DNA from: Chthonomonadales bacterium
GTDB taxonomy: Bacteria; Armatimonadota; Chthonomonadetes; Chthonomonadales; CAJBBX01
Direction: 5' to 3'
DNA: 64,000 bases
Assembly (NCBI GenBank): GCA_049967475.1
Contig: JBMFSQ010000005.1
Coordinates: 55,172-119,171 of the forward strand
Positions 9,070 to 18,812 of this stretch are shown in pieces (the first letter of the stretch is position 1; each line of letters opens with the position of its first letter). The position numbers and the translations under genes were made by a program. Below the pieces are notes generated by a model that ran no database searches, was not told the DNA's origin, and saw only the letters and a program-made list of their open reading frames with translations.

Positions 9070-9729
9070 ATGGACGCTCCCGATGCCCTCACCCATGCTC
9101 CATCTACTCTCGAGTTTTGGGAAGAGCGTTACCGCAAGGATCCCAACGCATACGTATTCGGCCGAGCCCCGAGCCCTTTAGCTCAGATTACGCTCCGGTA
9201 CTGGAAGGATCTTTGCGGTGATCGTGCGGCTCGCATCCTGGATCTCGGGTGTGGTGAGGGAAGGGACGCGGTTTTTTTCGCTGCAAACGGCCACCAGGTT
9301 ACCGGCGTTGAATGTGCGCCATCCGGCGTTGAGAAGGCACGTCGCTTGGCGGCCGAGAAAGGCGTTTCGGTCGCCATTCACTGCACGGACCTACGGGAAT
9401 TCCCGCTTACGCCAAATTACGAGGTTCTATTCGCCAACAACAGCCTTTCGGCTCTCGGGCCGGAGTGCCTGGAATACATCGCGCGCCTTCAAAACGCAAC
9501 ACCCTCCGGTGGTCTCAACGTGCTTCGCGTGCATCGCCGGGAATGTTGCCCCCCGGAAGACCGCAGCCGCCTCTATTGCTTCGACAGCAACGAACTCAAG
9601 TTCGAGTACCGCCATTGGCGGCTCCTTTATTACGCTGAAGACACTCTTTGGGTGTCTCACTCAATCCTCGCAGATAGTGAGGACGGGAAATACCGGTCCT
9701 TTGCCGAGATCATCGCCCAGAAGCCGTGA
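9070..9729 (+). CDS. Class I SAM-dependent methyltransferase (TehB-like)
   Basis: ILDLGCGEGRDAVFFA motif; RBS AGGAGG. Confidence 0.85.
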   Translation: MDAPDALTHAPSTLEFWEERYRKDPNAYVFGRAPSPLAQITLRYWKDLCGDRAARILDLGCGEGRDAVFFAANGHQVTGVECAPSGVEKARRLAAEKGVSVAIHCTDLREFPLTPNYEVLFANNSLSALGPECLEYIARLQNATPSGGLNVLRVHRRECCPPEDRSRLYCFDSNELKFEYRHWRLLYYAEDTLWVSHSILADSEDGKYRSFAEIIAQKP

Positions 9730-9801
9730 GGCGCGGGTTCTCGGTTAGGACTTGTCGTTGCAGGTTCTTTCGGACGGTTCCAGAAGGCAAAGAAAGAAAG
9801 T

Positions 9802-10728
9802 GTGACCATGGGCCATTCAAGTGAGTTCGTCCTAAGCACCCTCGAGGCCGGCGGCATTCGGGAAGCAGCGCGGCAGACGTATCCGCTGTGGCGCCAGGGG
9901 CGCAGCTTTGAGGATTACCATTCCAGGATCGAGGAGGCCCTTCGCCGCATGGGCCCCAACATGCGATACGTGGGGCTTTTGAGCCCCACCGGCACTCTCT
10001 TGGCCAGTTGCCGGCTTCTGAAAATCGCGCTGCAATGGGATCACGCGGTGGTTCCGGCCCTCGGCATTGCTGCAGTCTTCGTCCCGCCTGAACATCGGGG
10101 CCACGGCTATGCGCACCGCCTTCTTCAAATCACTCTCCGTGAGGCAACGCGCGAAGGCATGAAGGCCGCAGTTCTTTACAGCGACATTGCTCCCGCGTTT
10201 TACAAGCGCCTCGGCTTCATCGAATACCCGGCTGTGGACTGGGAAGCGGACACTTCGGCCCTTCCCATGACGGATCCCTACGAGGTGCGACCTGCTCTCC
10301 CTGGCGATCTTGCACGGATGCTCGAATGGTATCACTCTGCAGCAGCCGGAATGCGCCTGCATCCTGCGCGCTCTGAAGCCCTGTGGCGGTTCTTCCGGTG
10401 GTGGCGGGGAGTGACGAACGAGGTGATCCTAGCCGATCACGGGCATGAGGTGGGATACCTTACCGTTACCACAGAATTGCGCGGAATGCGCGTCTGGGAA
10501 TGGGCAGCGCCCGAAGCTGCCCCTGAACGCCTGTGGGCAACAGCCCGGCGGATGGCCCAGTCTCTCGGTCTCTCCTATATGTCCGGATGGCTCCGCCCCG
10601 ACCGCCACGAAAAGTGGATGACCGCACATCCGCGGAGCGCCGCCATCCCTATGGTCCTCCCGCTCGATGCCGACGCAACCCTCCCGCCCCCTGAAGCCGC
10701 AGCGTTTGAGGAACTCGATCACTTCTGA
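9802..10728 (+). CDS. GNAT-family N-acetyltransferase (Eis-like)
   Basis: VFVPPEHRGHGYA acetyl-CoA motif, LYSDIAPAFYKRLGF, terminal DHF. Confidence 0.8.
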   Translation: MTMGHSSEFVLSTLEAGGIREAARQTYPLWRQGRSFEDYHSRIEEALRRMGPNMRYVGLLSPTGTLLASCRLLKIALQWDHAVVPALGIAAVFVPPEHRGHGYAHRLLQITLREATREGMKAAVLYSDIAPAFYKRLGFIEYPAVDWEADTSALPMTDPYEVRPALPGDLARMLEWYHSAAAGMRLHPARSEALWRFFRWWRGVTNEVILADHGHEVGYLTVTTELRGMRVWEWAAPEAAPERLWATARRMAQSLGLSYMSGWLRPDRHEKWMTAHPRSAAIPMVLPLDADATLPPPEAAAFEELDHF

Positions 10729-10779
10729 TAGCGGGCATCGCCCCCACTAAAGGCCCACGCGGGGATACCAAATACCCGG

Positions 10780-10809
10780 TTGACGCACGACAGTCCGCGG
10801 TGATAGAGT
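10780..10809 (+). promoter_or_regulatory. Sigma70-type promoter
   Basis: TTGACG (10780-10785), 18 nt, TAGAGT (10804-10809) with extended TG. Confidence 0.6.
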
Positions 10810-10834
10810 ATTACGAATTTTGATTCCGTAACAC
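10808..10834. promoter_or_regulatory. NikR-type operator GTATTAC-N13-GTAACAC
   Basis: Near-perfect spaced palindrome overlapping the -10 element and start site, upstream of an FmdE + ECF (CbiQ/CbiO-like) operon. Confidence 0.65.
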
Positions 10835-10880
10835 GTCTATGCCCAACATCTGCACGGTTGGGAACGGAGGTCTTTTCGTT

Positions 10881-11564
10881 ATGCGCAGGACACCCGGCTT
10901 CACCCTCATAGAACTGCTTGTTGTAATAGCCATTATCGCTATATTGGCTGCCATCCTTTTCCCTGTCTTCGCTCAGGCCCGGGAAAGCGCCCGCAAAACC
11001 CAGTGTATGTCCAACTTACGGCAAATGGGCCTTGCCATCCAGATGTATCTTCAGGATGCCGATGAGGCGCTCCCCATCGTAAAATCCATCCCGGCGGATC
11101 CAGATGGGACCAATTTGGTGAAGGTCATCGTCAATGGGGTGGTTGTTCCTCCCACCCAGGAACGGTTCGTCAGCCTCCCCAACGTGATAGATCCTTATGT
11201 GAAAAACCGGGCCATTTTCCTGTGCCCGTCTGCTGTGGCAGGGTGCCCCGGTCGCACCTTCGGGGTTCCGACACAACCCGGGAGCCGGGGCCAATGGAAG
11301 CTCAATTACTGGTGCTTCGGCTATGACTTCCCCGCGAATACGGGGTTCAGCTTCCCGCCGGGCTCTCCGCCCTATGCGGCAAACTGCATCCTGGACGGGC
11401 GCAGTTATGCAGCGATTGGTGCGCCGGCCGACCAACCTATCATCATTGACCAGCGCATCGAGCTGCCGGGCGGCCGAGCGCACTTTGCCCACCGCGGAGG
11501 CAGTCCCCACGCTTTCGCAGACGGGCACGTCAAGTGGCGCAAACGCGCGGAAGCCGATGAATAG
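10881..11564 (+). CDS. Prepilin-type N-terminal cleavage/methylation protein, DUF1559-like, with H-X9-DG motif
   Basis: [41 protein letters not shown]-terminal [21 protein letters not shown]. Confidence 0.9.
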   Translation: MRRTPGFTLIELLVVIAIIAILAAILFPVFAQARESARKTQCMSNLRQMGLAIQMYLQDADEALPIVKSIPADPDGTNLVKVIVNGVVVPPTQERFVSLPNVIDPYVKNRAIFLCPSAVAGCPGRTFGVPTQPGSRGQWKLNYWCFGYDFPANTGFSFPPGSPPYAANCILDGRSYAAIGAPADQPIIIDQRIELPGGRAHFAHRGGSPHAFADGHVKWRKRAEADE

Positions 11565-11585
11565 GCTACCGGAGAGGAAAGGCTC

Positions 11586-12044
11586 ATGAACTCAGAGATG
11601 GATTGGGATTCCGTTCGCCGCCTTCACGGACATTTGGGGCCATGGCTTGCCTTGGGCATTCGCATCGGCCAAGCCGGGATGCAGATACTCAACGCACGCC
11701 CGCACTTCGGCATCCGGATCAACGTCCGCTGCCCGCTGGCTCCGCCGCCCTCATGCATGTTGGACGGGCTCCAATGGAGCACCGGCGCCACCTATGGCAA
11801 GCAGAACCTTACGGCGGAGCCGGGTGAACCCATCCTAGTACGGATGCAAAACACGGACACCGGTGCGGCATTAGCAGCAACCTTGGCGGATGGCCTGCCC
11901 GGCACGATCAGCCGATGGCTGGACGAATTGGGCGACGAAGGAGCCACCTTCCAACTTTGGGAAACGCCGGATAGCGAACTCTTCCACATCACAAACGAGG
12001 CGGCTTCCGCTCAGCCCAACAATGCGATGCAGGGAACGCCATGA
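11586..12044 (+). CDS. FmdE-family metal-binding protein
   Basis: HGHLGPWLALG, SCMLDGLQWSTGATYGKQN. Confidence 0.8.
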   Translation: MNSEMDWDSVRRLHGHLGPWLALGIRIGQAGMQILNARPHFGIRINVRCPLAPPPSCMLDGLQWSTGATYGKQNLTAEPGEPILVRMQNTDTGAALAATLADGLPGTISRWLDELGDEGATFQLWETPDSELFHITNEAASAQPNNAMQGTP

Positions 12045-12577
12045 CGCGCCACACCATTGAGCTGCGAAGCGTCCGGCAGACTGCCGCAGCCGCGCTTCTT
12101 TGTGCCTGCGGTGTCGTGGTACCGATGATTTTCCACGCCGTGGGGCTGGGACGTGTCTTTCTGCCCATGCATTTGCCCGTCTTGATTGCGGGCTTGATCC
12201 TCGCCCCGCGCGAAGCTGTAGCCGTTGGGTTGATTACTCCCTGGGCGTCTGCCTTCCTTACCGGCATGCCGCCCTTCCCTACCGCGAGTGCCATGAGCCT
12301 GGAACTCGCGGTGCTGGCCGGGTCGGCGTCGCTTCTAGTGGCCATTGGGATGTCTCCATGGACGGCAACCATTGTGGCCATTGCCCTGCGCGCCGGCGTC
12401 ACCTGGCTGATCACTTCGGTGCTCGCAGAGTGGCTGGGACTACCGCCCCGCAGTTCAGGGTGGGCTGCCGTTGCGGCGGGTACCCCCGGCATAGTCCTTC
12501 AGGTCCTCTTCGCACCTGCGGCGGCGGCGATCATCGGGCGAAGGTTTTCAAACCCAGGCATATCCCCGCCAGGTTAG
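12041..12577 (+). CDS. ECF transporter S component
   Basis: GRVFLPMHLPVLIAG, LTGMPPFP, PGIVLQ; about 6 TM; ATGA overlap. Confidence 0.82.
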   Translation: MTRHTIELRSVRQTAAAALLCACGVVVPMIFHAVGLGRVFLPMHLPVLIAGLILAPREAVAVGLITPWASAFLTGMPPFPTASAMSLELAVLAGSASLLVAIGMSPWTATIVAIALRAGVTWLITSVLAEWLGLPPRSSGWAAVAAGTPGIVLQVLFAPAAAAIIGRRFSNPGISPPG

Positions 12578-12592
12578 GGCCGGCATTCCTTC

Positions 12593-13291
12593 ATGACCTC
12601 CGCGACAATCCATACCACGCAAAGCTGGCTCTACCGCCTCGACGGGCGCATCAAACTCTTGGGGTTGCTCGGCACCCTCTGCCTTGTGTCCTCAGCCCCG
12701 CCAGACCGCATCTGGGCATTGCCGGCACAGGCAACCCTCCTAGGGGGTCTGATGGCTTCGGCCCGCCTTCCGACCCGTTCACTTCTTCGCCTCCTGCCTG
12801 CCTCGGCTGCATTCGGCGCCGCCGCAGCGCTTGGATGGATCCTCGGGGCTCCAGCGCTTCCTGCTGCATCTGCCGCCGGACGCATCGTGCTCTCCATCTT
12901 TGCGTTCGCCGCTTTCACCCTCACCACACCCTTCCCACAGATTGCGACTGCCCTACGATGGATGCGGATGCCCGCTTACCTCATTACCATCCTGTGGCTC
13001 GCAGAACGGTATGTGCACCTCCTCGAGGAGGAAGCAATGCGGATGTTGAGAGCATCCGCCGCCCGGGCTGCGCGTCCCTTCCGATGGCGGGCGCCGCGCG
13101 TGTATACCCAGATGTCATTGGTCCTAGTGGAGCGTGCCCTGAACCGCAGCGAGAAGGTGGCCCTTGCATTGGTGTCACGAGGCTTCTCCGGGGAATTCCC
13201 TGGGCCGCCGCTTAGGCCGATCCAAGCGCGCCAATTGGCTGGAGTGGCTGTGTGGCTCATTGTCTTTGCTTTAGTTACCTGGAAATGCTGA
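12593..13291 (+). CDS. ECF transporter T component (CbiQ/EcfT)
   Basis: LDGRIKL, TTPF...ALRWMRMP, ERY...EE, SRGF. Confidence 0.85.
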   Translation: MTSATIHTTQSWLYRLDGRIKLLGLLGTLCLVSSAPPDRIWALPAQATLLGGLMASARLPTRSLLRLLPASAAFGAAAALGWILGAPALPAASAAGRIVLSIFAFAAFTLTTPFPQIATALRWMRMPAYLITILWLAERYVHLLEEEAMRMLRASAARAARPFRWRAPRVYTQMSLVLVERALNRSEKVALALVSRGFSGEFPGPPLRPIQARQLAGVAVWLIVFALVTWKC

Positions 13292-13294
13292 CCC

Positions 13295-13996
13295 GTGTAC
13301 GCCATTGAAGTCGAAAACCTTGCATATCGCTATCCGGAGGGACAAACGGCTATTGAGGAGGTAACCTTCCGCGTGTCTGAGGGCGAACGCGTGGCATTGG
13401 CAGGCGCCAACGGCGCTGGAAAGTCCACGTTGATCTGGTGCCTGGGTGGTCTCGTGGAACCCTGCACCGGGCAAATCCGCATTTTGGGGGAACCTCTAAC
13501 CCATCAATCTCAGGCCCTCGCGCGTAGATACGTCGGCATCCTGTTTCAGGATCCCGACGATCAGCTCTTCATGCCCACGGTAGTGGAAGACGTGTCCTTT
13601 GGCCTCTGGAACCGAGGTGTTCCCTGGCACGCGGCCATCGCGCAGGCGGAAAAGTGGCTCCGCAAGGTGGGGATGAGTGATGCTGCCCATCGGCACCCTC
13701 ACCATCTGAGCATCGGTGAACGCAAGCGCGTGGCCATAGCCGGCGTCCTGGCAGTAGAACCCAAGATCCTTGCCCTCGACGAGCCAACCTCCGGCTTGGA
13801 CCCGCGGGCCCGACGTGGATTAATCCGTCTTCTTGCACCCCTCCCTTGTACTCTCATCCTCGCCACTCACGATTTGGATCTCGCCCGCTCGCTCTGCCCA
13901 CGCACTCTGCTTCTCCATCAGGGCCGATTGGTTGCCGATGGCCCCACGGCGGATCTCCTGGGGGACGAAGCGCTTCTCGAAGCAAACGGGCTGTGA
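13295..13996 (+). CDS. ECF transporter ATPase (CbiO/EcfA)
   Basis: GANGAGKST, FQDPDDQLF, LSIGERKR, LDEPT. Confidence 0.92.
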   Translation: MYAIEVENLAYRYPEGQTAIEEVTFRVSEGERVALAGANGAGKSTLIWCLGGLVEPCTGQIRILGEPLTHQSQALARRYVGILFQDPDDQLFMPTVVEDVSFGLWNRGVPWHAAIAQAEKWLRKVGMSDAAHRHPHHLSIGERKRVAIAGVLAVEPKILALDEPTSGLDPRARRGLIRLLAPLPCTLILATHDLDLARSLCPRTLLLHQGRLVADGPTADLLGDEALLEANGL

Positions 13997-14073
13997 TGTG
14001 CGGAAGCCTGGGCATGTTTCGCCTTGCTATCGGCGTATAACGTAAGCGGATACCTTCACAAGGAGGGCTGCGC

Positions 14074-15210
14074 ATGGCATACCGATCCCCTGTTGCCGCA
14101 GTCTGCGCCCAGGGAGCCCGGGTGTGGAGCCTTTTGGCCGCATCCGTCTTTGCCGCTCGGCTTTCTGCCCAGGTGGGCCCTGCCCCACGCACAACAGTCC
14201 CGGCGCGATTGGCGCCTCAGCTCATCGGAGGTCCTCAGGATTGGCTCAACACAGGCGGCAAGGTTCTGCAGATCCGGCGCGGGGCAGTGTATCTCGTTGA
14301 CTTCTGGGAGTACACCTGCGTGAACTGCATCCGCACGCTGCCCTATCTCAAGGCGTGGCACCAGAGATACGCGCGGTACGGTTTGGTGATCGTCGGCATC
14401 CATACCCCAGAGTTCGCCTTCGCTTCCGACCGCGCCAACGTGGCCAGAGCCGTGAAGCGCCTGGGCATTACCTACCCTGTCCTCATAGACAGCGCCTACC
14501 GAAACTGGCAGGCATGGCAGGGGGACCAAGGGTTCTGGCCGCGCAAGTTTCTGGTGAACGAGGACGGGGTCATCGTTTACGATCACGCCGGTGAAGGCGG
14601 CTATGGTGCTACGGAGGTGGAGATCCAGAAGCTGCTCCACCGGCTTCATCCCGACATTACGTTCCCGCCACCCGTGGCGCCGGTGCGGCCCGAGGATCGC
14701 CCCGGCGCGGTATGCTACCCGACCACCCCGGAAATCTACGCGGGATATCGGGGACACATGCAGGAGCAGCTTGGCAATGTGCCGCACTGGGCGGATGGAG
14801 AAATTGCGTTTTACCCGCGGGAGGCGCCTGTGGAAGATGGCCGCATCTACCTCGCGGGCACGTGGCAGACACTCCGCGAGTGCCTCCGCCATCCCCGTAC
14901 CACCCGTAATCTGGAGGACCGCGTGCTGCTTCGGTATCACGCTCTGGAATGCAATGCGGTACTCAAGACCGGCACAGGAATGCCCTTCCGCCTCTACATC
15001 TGGCAGGACAGGCGGCCGGTTCCGGCCGAAGACGCAGGCGCAGACGTTCGCAGGGATGCCGCCGGCAACACCTACATTTGGGTAGACAGCCCGCGCATGT
15101 ACCGCCTCATCCGCAATCACGCCTTCGGCCGCCACGTGTTGGAACTGGCGACAAACGCCGCGGGCTTTGAACTCTACTCCTTCACATTCAGCTCGTGCGT
15201 CGTCCGCTGA
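14074..15210 (+). CDS. Exported redoxin, DipZ C-terminal-like (Trx fold + beta-sandwich)
   Basis: [27 protein letters not shown], terminal YSFTF. Confidence 0.8.
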   Translation: MAYRSPVAAVCAQGARVWSLLAASVFAARLSAQVGPAPRTTVPARLAPQLIGGPQDWLNTGGKVLQIRRGAVYLVDFWEYTCVNCIRTLPYLKAWHQRYARYGLVIVGIHTPEFAFASDRANVARAVKRLGITYPVLIDSAYRNWQAWQGDQGFWPRKFLVNEDGVIVYDHAGEGGYGATEVEIQKLLHRLHPDITFPPPVAPVRPEDRPGAVCYPTTPEIYAGYRGHMQEQLGNVPHWADGEIAFYPREAPVEDGRIYLAGTWQTLRECLRHPRTTRNLEDRVLLRYHALECNAVLKTGTGMPFRLYIWQDRRPVPAEDAGADVRRDAAGNTYIWVDSPRMYRLIRNHAFGRHVLELATNAAGFELYSFTFSSCVVR

Positions 15211-16094
15211 AGCCTCCCCAGCAGCGGGTATCCTGCCTCCTCGCGCTGCTTGAGATACCGGAGGCAGCATCGGCGTGAAAGCGTCCGCACGCGGTTGATG
15301 AAACTTGCCCGCTCCGTCACCGAGATGGCCCCGCGGGCATCCAGCAGGTTGAACACGTGGGAGCATTTCAGCGCGTAGTCGAAAGCAGGGTACACGAGAT
15401 CCTTCTCAATGATGCGGGCGCATTCCCGTTCAAACTGCTCGAAGAGGGCGAAAAGCATGGAGACATCCGCCTCATCAAAGTTGTAGATGCAATGCTGCCG
15501 CTCTGAAGCCCGCTCGATCTCCCCATACGTGATGCCGTGAGCCCATTCCATGTCCCACACGTTATCCACCCGCTGCAGGCAGGTGGCGAGGCGCTCCGTG
15601 CCGTAGGTGATCTCAGCCGAGATGGTTTTGAGCTCGATCCCGCCCATCTGCTGGAAGTATGTGAACTGGGTAATTTCGGCGCCGTCCAGCCAGACCTCCC
15701 ATCCTACGCCCGAGGCGCCGAGCGTGGGAGCCTCCCAATCATCCTCTACAAATCGGATGTCATGGTCTTCGGGCTCGATGCCGATTGCCCGAAGGCTCTC
15801 CAAGTAAAGGTCCACGATATCCTCCGGCGAGGGCTTCATGATGACCTGATACTGGTAGTAATGTTGCATCCTCATGGGATTGAGGGCGTAACGACCATCG
15901 GCGGGTCTGCGGGAAGGCTGAGCGTAGGCTACATTCCAGGGCTCAGGTCCTAGGGCACGCAGGGTTGTAGCGGGTGCATTGGTACCAGCGCCAACCTCGA
16001 GGTCATAGGGCTGAAGGATCAGGCAGCCGTGACGGGCCCAAAACTGCTCCAACGTCATCATCAAATCCTGAAACGTCATATCTTTGCTCTCCAT
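15174..16094 (-). CDS. glyQ: Glycine--tRNA ligase alpha subunit
   Basis: [46 protein letters not shown]. Confidence 0.97.
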   Translation of the reverse strand: MESKDMTFQDLMMTLEQFWARHGCLILQPYDLEVGAGTNAPATTLRALGPEPWNVAYAQPSRRPADGRYALNPMRMQHYYQYQVIMKPSPEDIVDLYLESLRAIGIEPEDHDIRFVEDDWEAPTLGASGVGWEVWLDGAEITQFTYFQQMGGIELKTISAEITYGTERLATCLQRVDNVWDMEWAHGITYGEIERASERQHCIYNFDEADVSMLFALFEQFERECARIIEKDLVYPAFDYALKCSHVFNLLDARGAISVTERASFINRVRTLSRRCCLRYLKQREEAGYPLLGRLQRTTHELNVKE

Positions 16095-16142
16095 GAACGG
16101 CACAATGGCCGTGCTGTTGCTTGTTCGGCGGCTGCGCTGGGG

Positions 16143-17258
16143 CTACCGTTCTTCGAGCTTCCGCTGCCTCAAGGCGTCAATCGGGCGCAATTCCTGGGTA
16201 GCGTCATCGAAATAGTACCAGGCGGTCCATCCGTTGCAGCCTGCAAGGCCCAAGCACTGGGCACCCACTTTGTGGATGGATCCCCTTAAAGACCCACACA
16301 CCACGGAACCGTCTTCCAGCACGGTGGCTGTAACGGTCGGCCGATCCTTCAGCCAGAGGCGTGTTCCGGGGGGAAGAAGGCCACTCTCCACCAGGGTAAG
16401 GAAGGGGATGCGCCTCCTGGGTTGATCCACGGGAAGGGTGCTTTGTTCCACGATGCCGGGCAGCACCTGCATCAGCCTGTTCCGGGCCAACTCCACGTAC
16501 TGCTCATCACGATCCACAGTGATGAAGTGGCGTCCTAATCGCTTCGCCACAACGGCCGTAGTGCCCGTACCGCAAAAGGGATCCAAAACGACGTCGCCCT
16601 GCCGCGTGGAAGCGGCCAAGATGCGGTGGAGGAGGGCTTCGGGCTTTTGAGTGGGATGGGCTTTGCGTCCGGCCAGCCTTACGCGCTCACTGCCGCTGCA
16701 GAGGGGCAGAACCCAATCGGAGCGCATTTGTACGTCCTCGTTGCCGGCTTTGAGGCCCTTGTAGTTGAAAGTATACCGCTTTTGCTGCCGGCTCTTCTTG
16801 GCCCAAAGGAGTGTCTCGTGGGCATTGCAGAACCGGACCCCCCGCATCTGCGGCAGGGGGTTGCTCTTAATCCAAACGATGTCGTTGAGCAGCCAGAAGC
16901 CCAGATCCATCATAATGCGGCCGATGCGGTAGATGTTGTGGTAGGTTCCAATGACCCAGATCGTGGCCGTGTCCTTCATCACTCGGCGCGCAGCCGTAAG
17001 CCAGTCCAAAGTGAAGGCGTCGTAGTAAGCAAAGGACACGTGAGGATCATCCCCGCGGCCGAACCGGTCCCACTCCTCGAGCGTCGTGTCCACCTTGCTC
17101 TGATCCGGACGGTAGAGGTCGTCCTCGAGCTGCAGATTGTACGGAGGATCGGCGAAAACCAAATCCACGCAGCGGGCCGGCAATTGGTTCATCGTCTGAA
17201 CCGCATCTCCCACCAACACCTGATCCAGAGGGATATCGTACGCCTTTCGGTCAGCCAT
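16143..17258 (-). CDS. Beta-class N6-adenine DNA methyltransferase, CcrM/M.HinfI-like
   Basis: DPPYNLQL before DPFCGTGTT; IWVIGTYHNI, HPTQKPEALL; C-terminal GSIHKVGA...CNGWTAWY domain. Confidence 0.88.
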   Translation of the reverse strand: MADRKAYDIPLDQVLVGDAVQTMNQLPARCVDLVFADPPYNLQLEDDLYRPDQSKVDTTLEEWDRFGRGDDPHVSFAYYDAFTLDWLTAARRVMKDTATIWVIGTYHNIYRIGRIMMDLGFWLLNDIVWIKSNPLPQMRGVRFCNAHETLLWAKKSRQQKRYTFNYKGLKAGNEDVQMRSDWVLPLCSGSERVRLAGRKAHPTQKPEALLHRILAASTRQGDVVLDPFCGTGTTAVVAKRLGRHFITVDRDEQYVELARNRLMQVLPGIVEQSTLPVDQPRRRIPFLTLVESGLLPPGTRLWLKDRPTVTATVLEDGSVVCGSLRGSIHKVGAQCLGLAGCNGWTAWYYFDDATQELRPIDALRQRKLEER

Positions 17259-17315
17259 TCAAACCCTCCACCCGCCGCAGCACCGGCCTCGAGGCCGCCT
17301 CGGCATTCCCACGAT

Positions 17316-18695
17316 CTACGGCTCCGCCGCGCTGCATCGGGCGCTTTCCAAGGCAGCCACGATGCGCTCCATGCCCATGGCGCGCGACCCCTTCACGAGC
17401 ACCGCGTCTCCAGATCGCACCAATCCTGAGATCGCCTCGGCGGCGGCATCCGTGTGGGGATAAGTGAGACACCGGCCCACACCCAACCGCTGCTCCACTA
17501 CTTTGGCGGCATGGGCGGCTTCGGCCCCTACTGCAACCAGGAGGTCAACATGCACGTCTGCAGCGGCTGCTCCCACGTATTCGTGGGCCTCCCGGCTCCA
17601 GGCGCCTAGCTCCTTCATATCCCCCAGCACGGCAAGTTTGCGCCGCCCCTTCCCTAGGATGGAGAGTGTGTTCAGTGCTGCCTTCATGGAATCCGGAGCG
17701 GCATTGTACGCATCATCCAGAAGGAGAACGCCGCCGGGCAGTTGCCGCACCTCCATCCGCATCGCAGGAGGACGAAAGTCCTCGAGAGCTGCGGCGGCCT
17801 TTTGGAGGTCCACGCCCAAGGCCGCGCCGGCAGCGAATGCGGCGGCTGCATTCGGAAGGTGGTGCACACCCGGAACCCGGAGGCGCACGGGCACGCCATT
17901 CACTCGGAACTGCGGCGTCCCGTCTTCGCCGAAACGGACATCAGCCACCTGGAAATCGGCCGAAGTGCGCACTCCAAAGGTGATGACCTTGCACGAGGCC
18001 CGGGCGCGCAGATATCCGGCATAATCGTCATCCGCATTGAGGATAGCAACCCCGCCGGGAGGCAACGCCGTAACGAGTTCAGCCTTTGCCGCAGCAATGT
18101 TGTCCCGTGAGCCCAACAACTCGATGTGCGTCATGCCGATGTTGGTGACGATACCCACAGTGGGGCACACTGCTGCCGCCAGCTCTGCAATCTGCCCGGC
18201 GCCTCGCATGGCCAGCTCCACTACCGCTGCGCGGTGATGCCGTTCGATGCCGAAGAGCGTGCGCGGTACCCCGATCTCGTTGTTGAAGTTGCCTGGGTTT
18301 GCATGCACGGGCCCCAAGGACGCTAGGACTAGGGCCGTCATTGCCTTGGTGGAGGTCTTCCCTACACTTCCCGTAACTGCGACGACGGGCAGCGTGAAGC
18401 GCCTCCGGTACGCTCCGGCCAGAGCGAGAAGGGCCCTCCGCGTGTCCGGCACGACGAGCTGCGGACCGGGAGCATCGGGAACTTCACGCTCCACCAAGGC
18501 GGCAGCCGCGCCGCGCTCGAAGGCTTCCGCAACGAAGAGATGTCCGTCCGTGCGCTCTCCGCGAAGGGCAACAAACAGAGCACCGGCTATATTTTCCCGC
18601 GTGTCGGTAGCCACCAAACGGCAGGAGCCCGCGTTCGGGCGGACGCTTCGGGCGCCCAAAATTCGGGCGACCTCTTCTATTGCCATCTCCTCCAA
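17316..18695 (-). CDS. murF: UDP-N-acetylmuramoyl-tripeptide--D-Ala-D-Ala ligase
   Basis: TGSVGKTS, GNFNNEIGVP, DDAYNAAPDSM, LGDMKELG, VKGSR. Confidence 0.96.
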   Translation of the reverse strand: MEEMAIEEVARILGARSVRPNAGSCRLVATDTRENIAGALFVALRGERTDGHLFVAEAFERGAAAALVEREVPDAPGPQLVVPDTRRALLALAGAYRRRFTLPVVAVTGSVGKTSTKAMTALVLASLGPVHANPGNFNNEIGVPRTLFGIERHHRAAVVELAMRGAGQIAELAAAVCPTVGIVTNIGMTHIELLGSRDNIAAAKAELVTALPPGGVAILNADDDYAGYLRARASCKVITFGVRTSADFQVADVRFGEDGTPQFRVNGVPVRLRVPGVHHLPNAAAAFAAGAALGVDLQKAAAALEDFRPPAMRMEVRQLPGGVLLLDDAYNAAPDSMKAALNTLSILGKGRRKLAVLGDMKELGAWSREAHEYVGAAAADVHVDLLVAVGAEAAHAAKVVEQRLGVGRCLTYPHTDAAAEAISGLVRSGDAVLVKGSRAMGMERIVAALESARCSAAEP

Positions 18696-18812
18696 AGCTT
18701 TGCTCCCTGGAACCTGAACGCATGGACGCAGCGGGGTATCATGATTGCAAGCTCAATCCTGCCGACGCGCCGATGCGCGCGGCGCTCTCTACAACACACT
18801 GGATCCTCTCTC

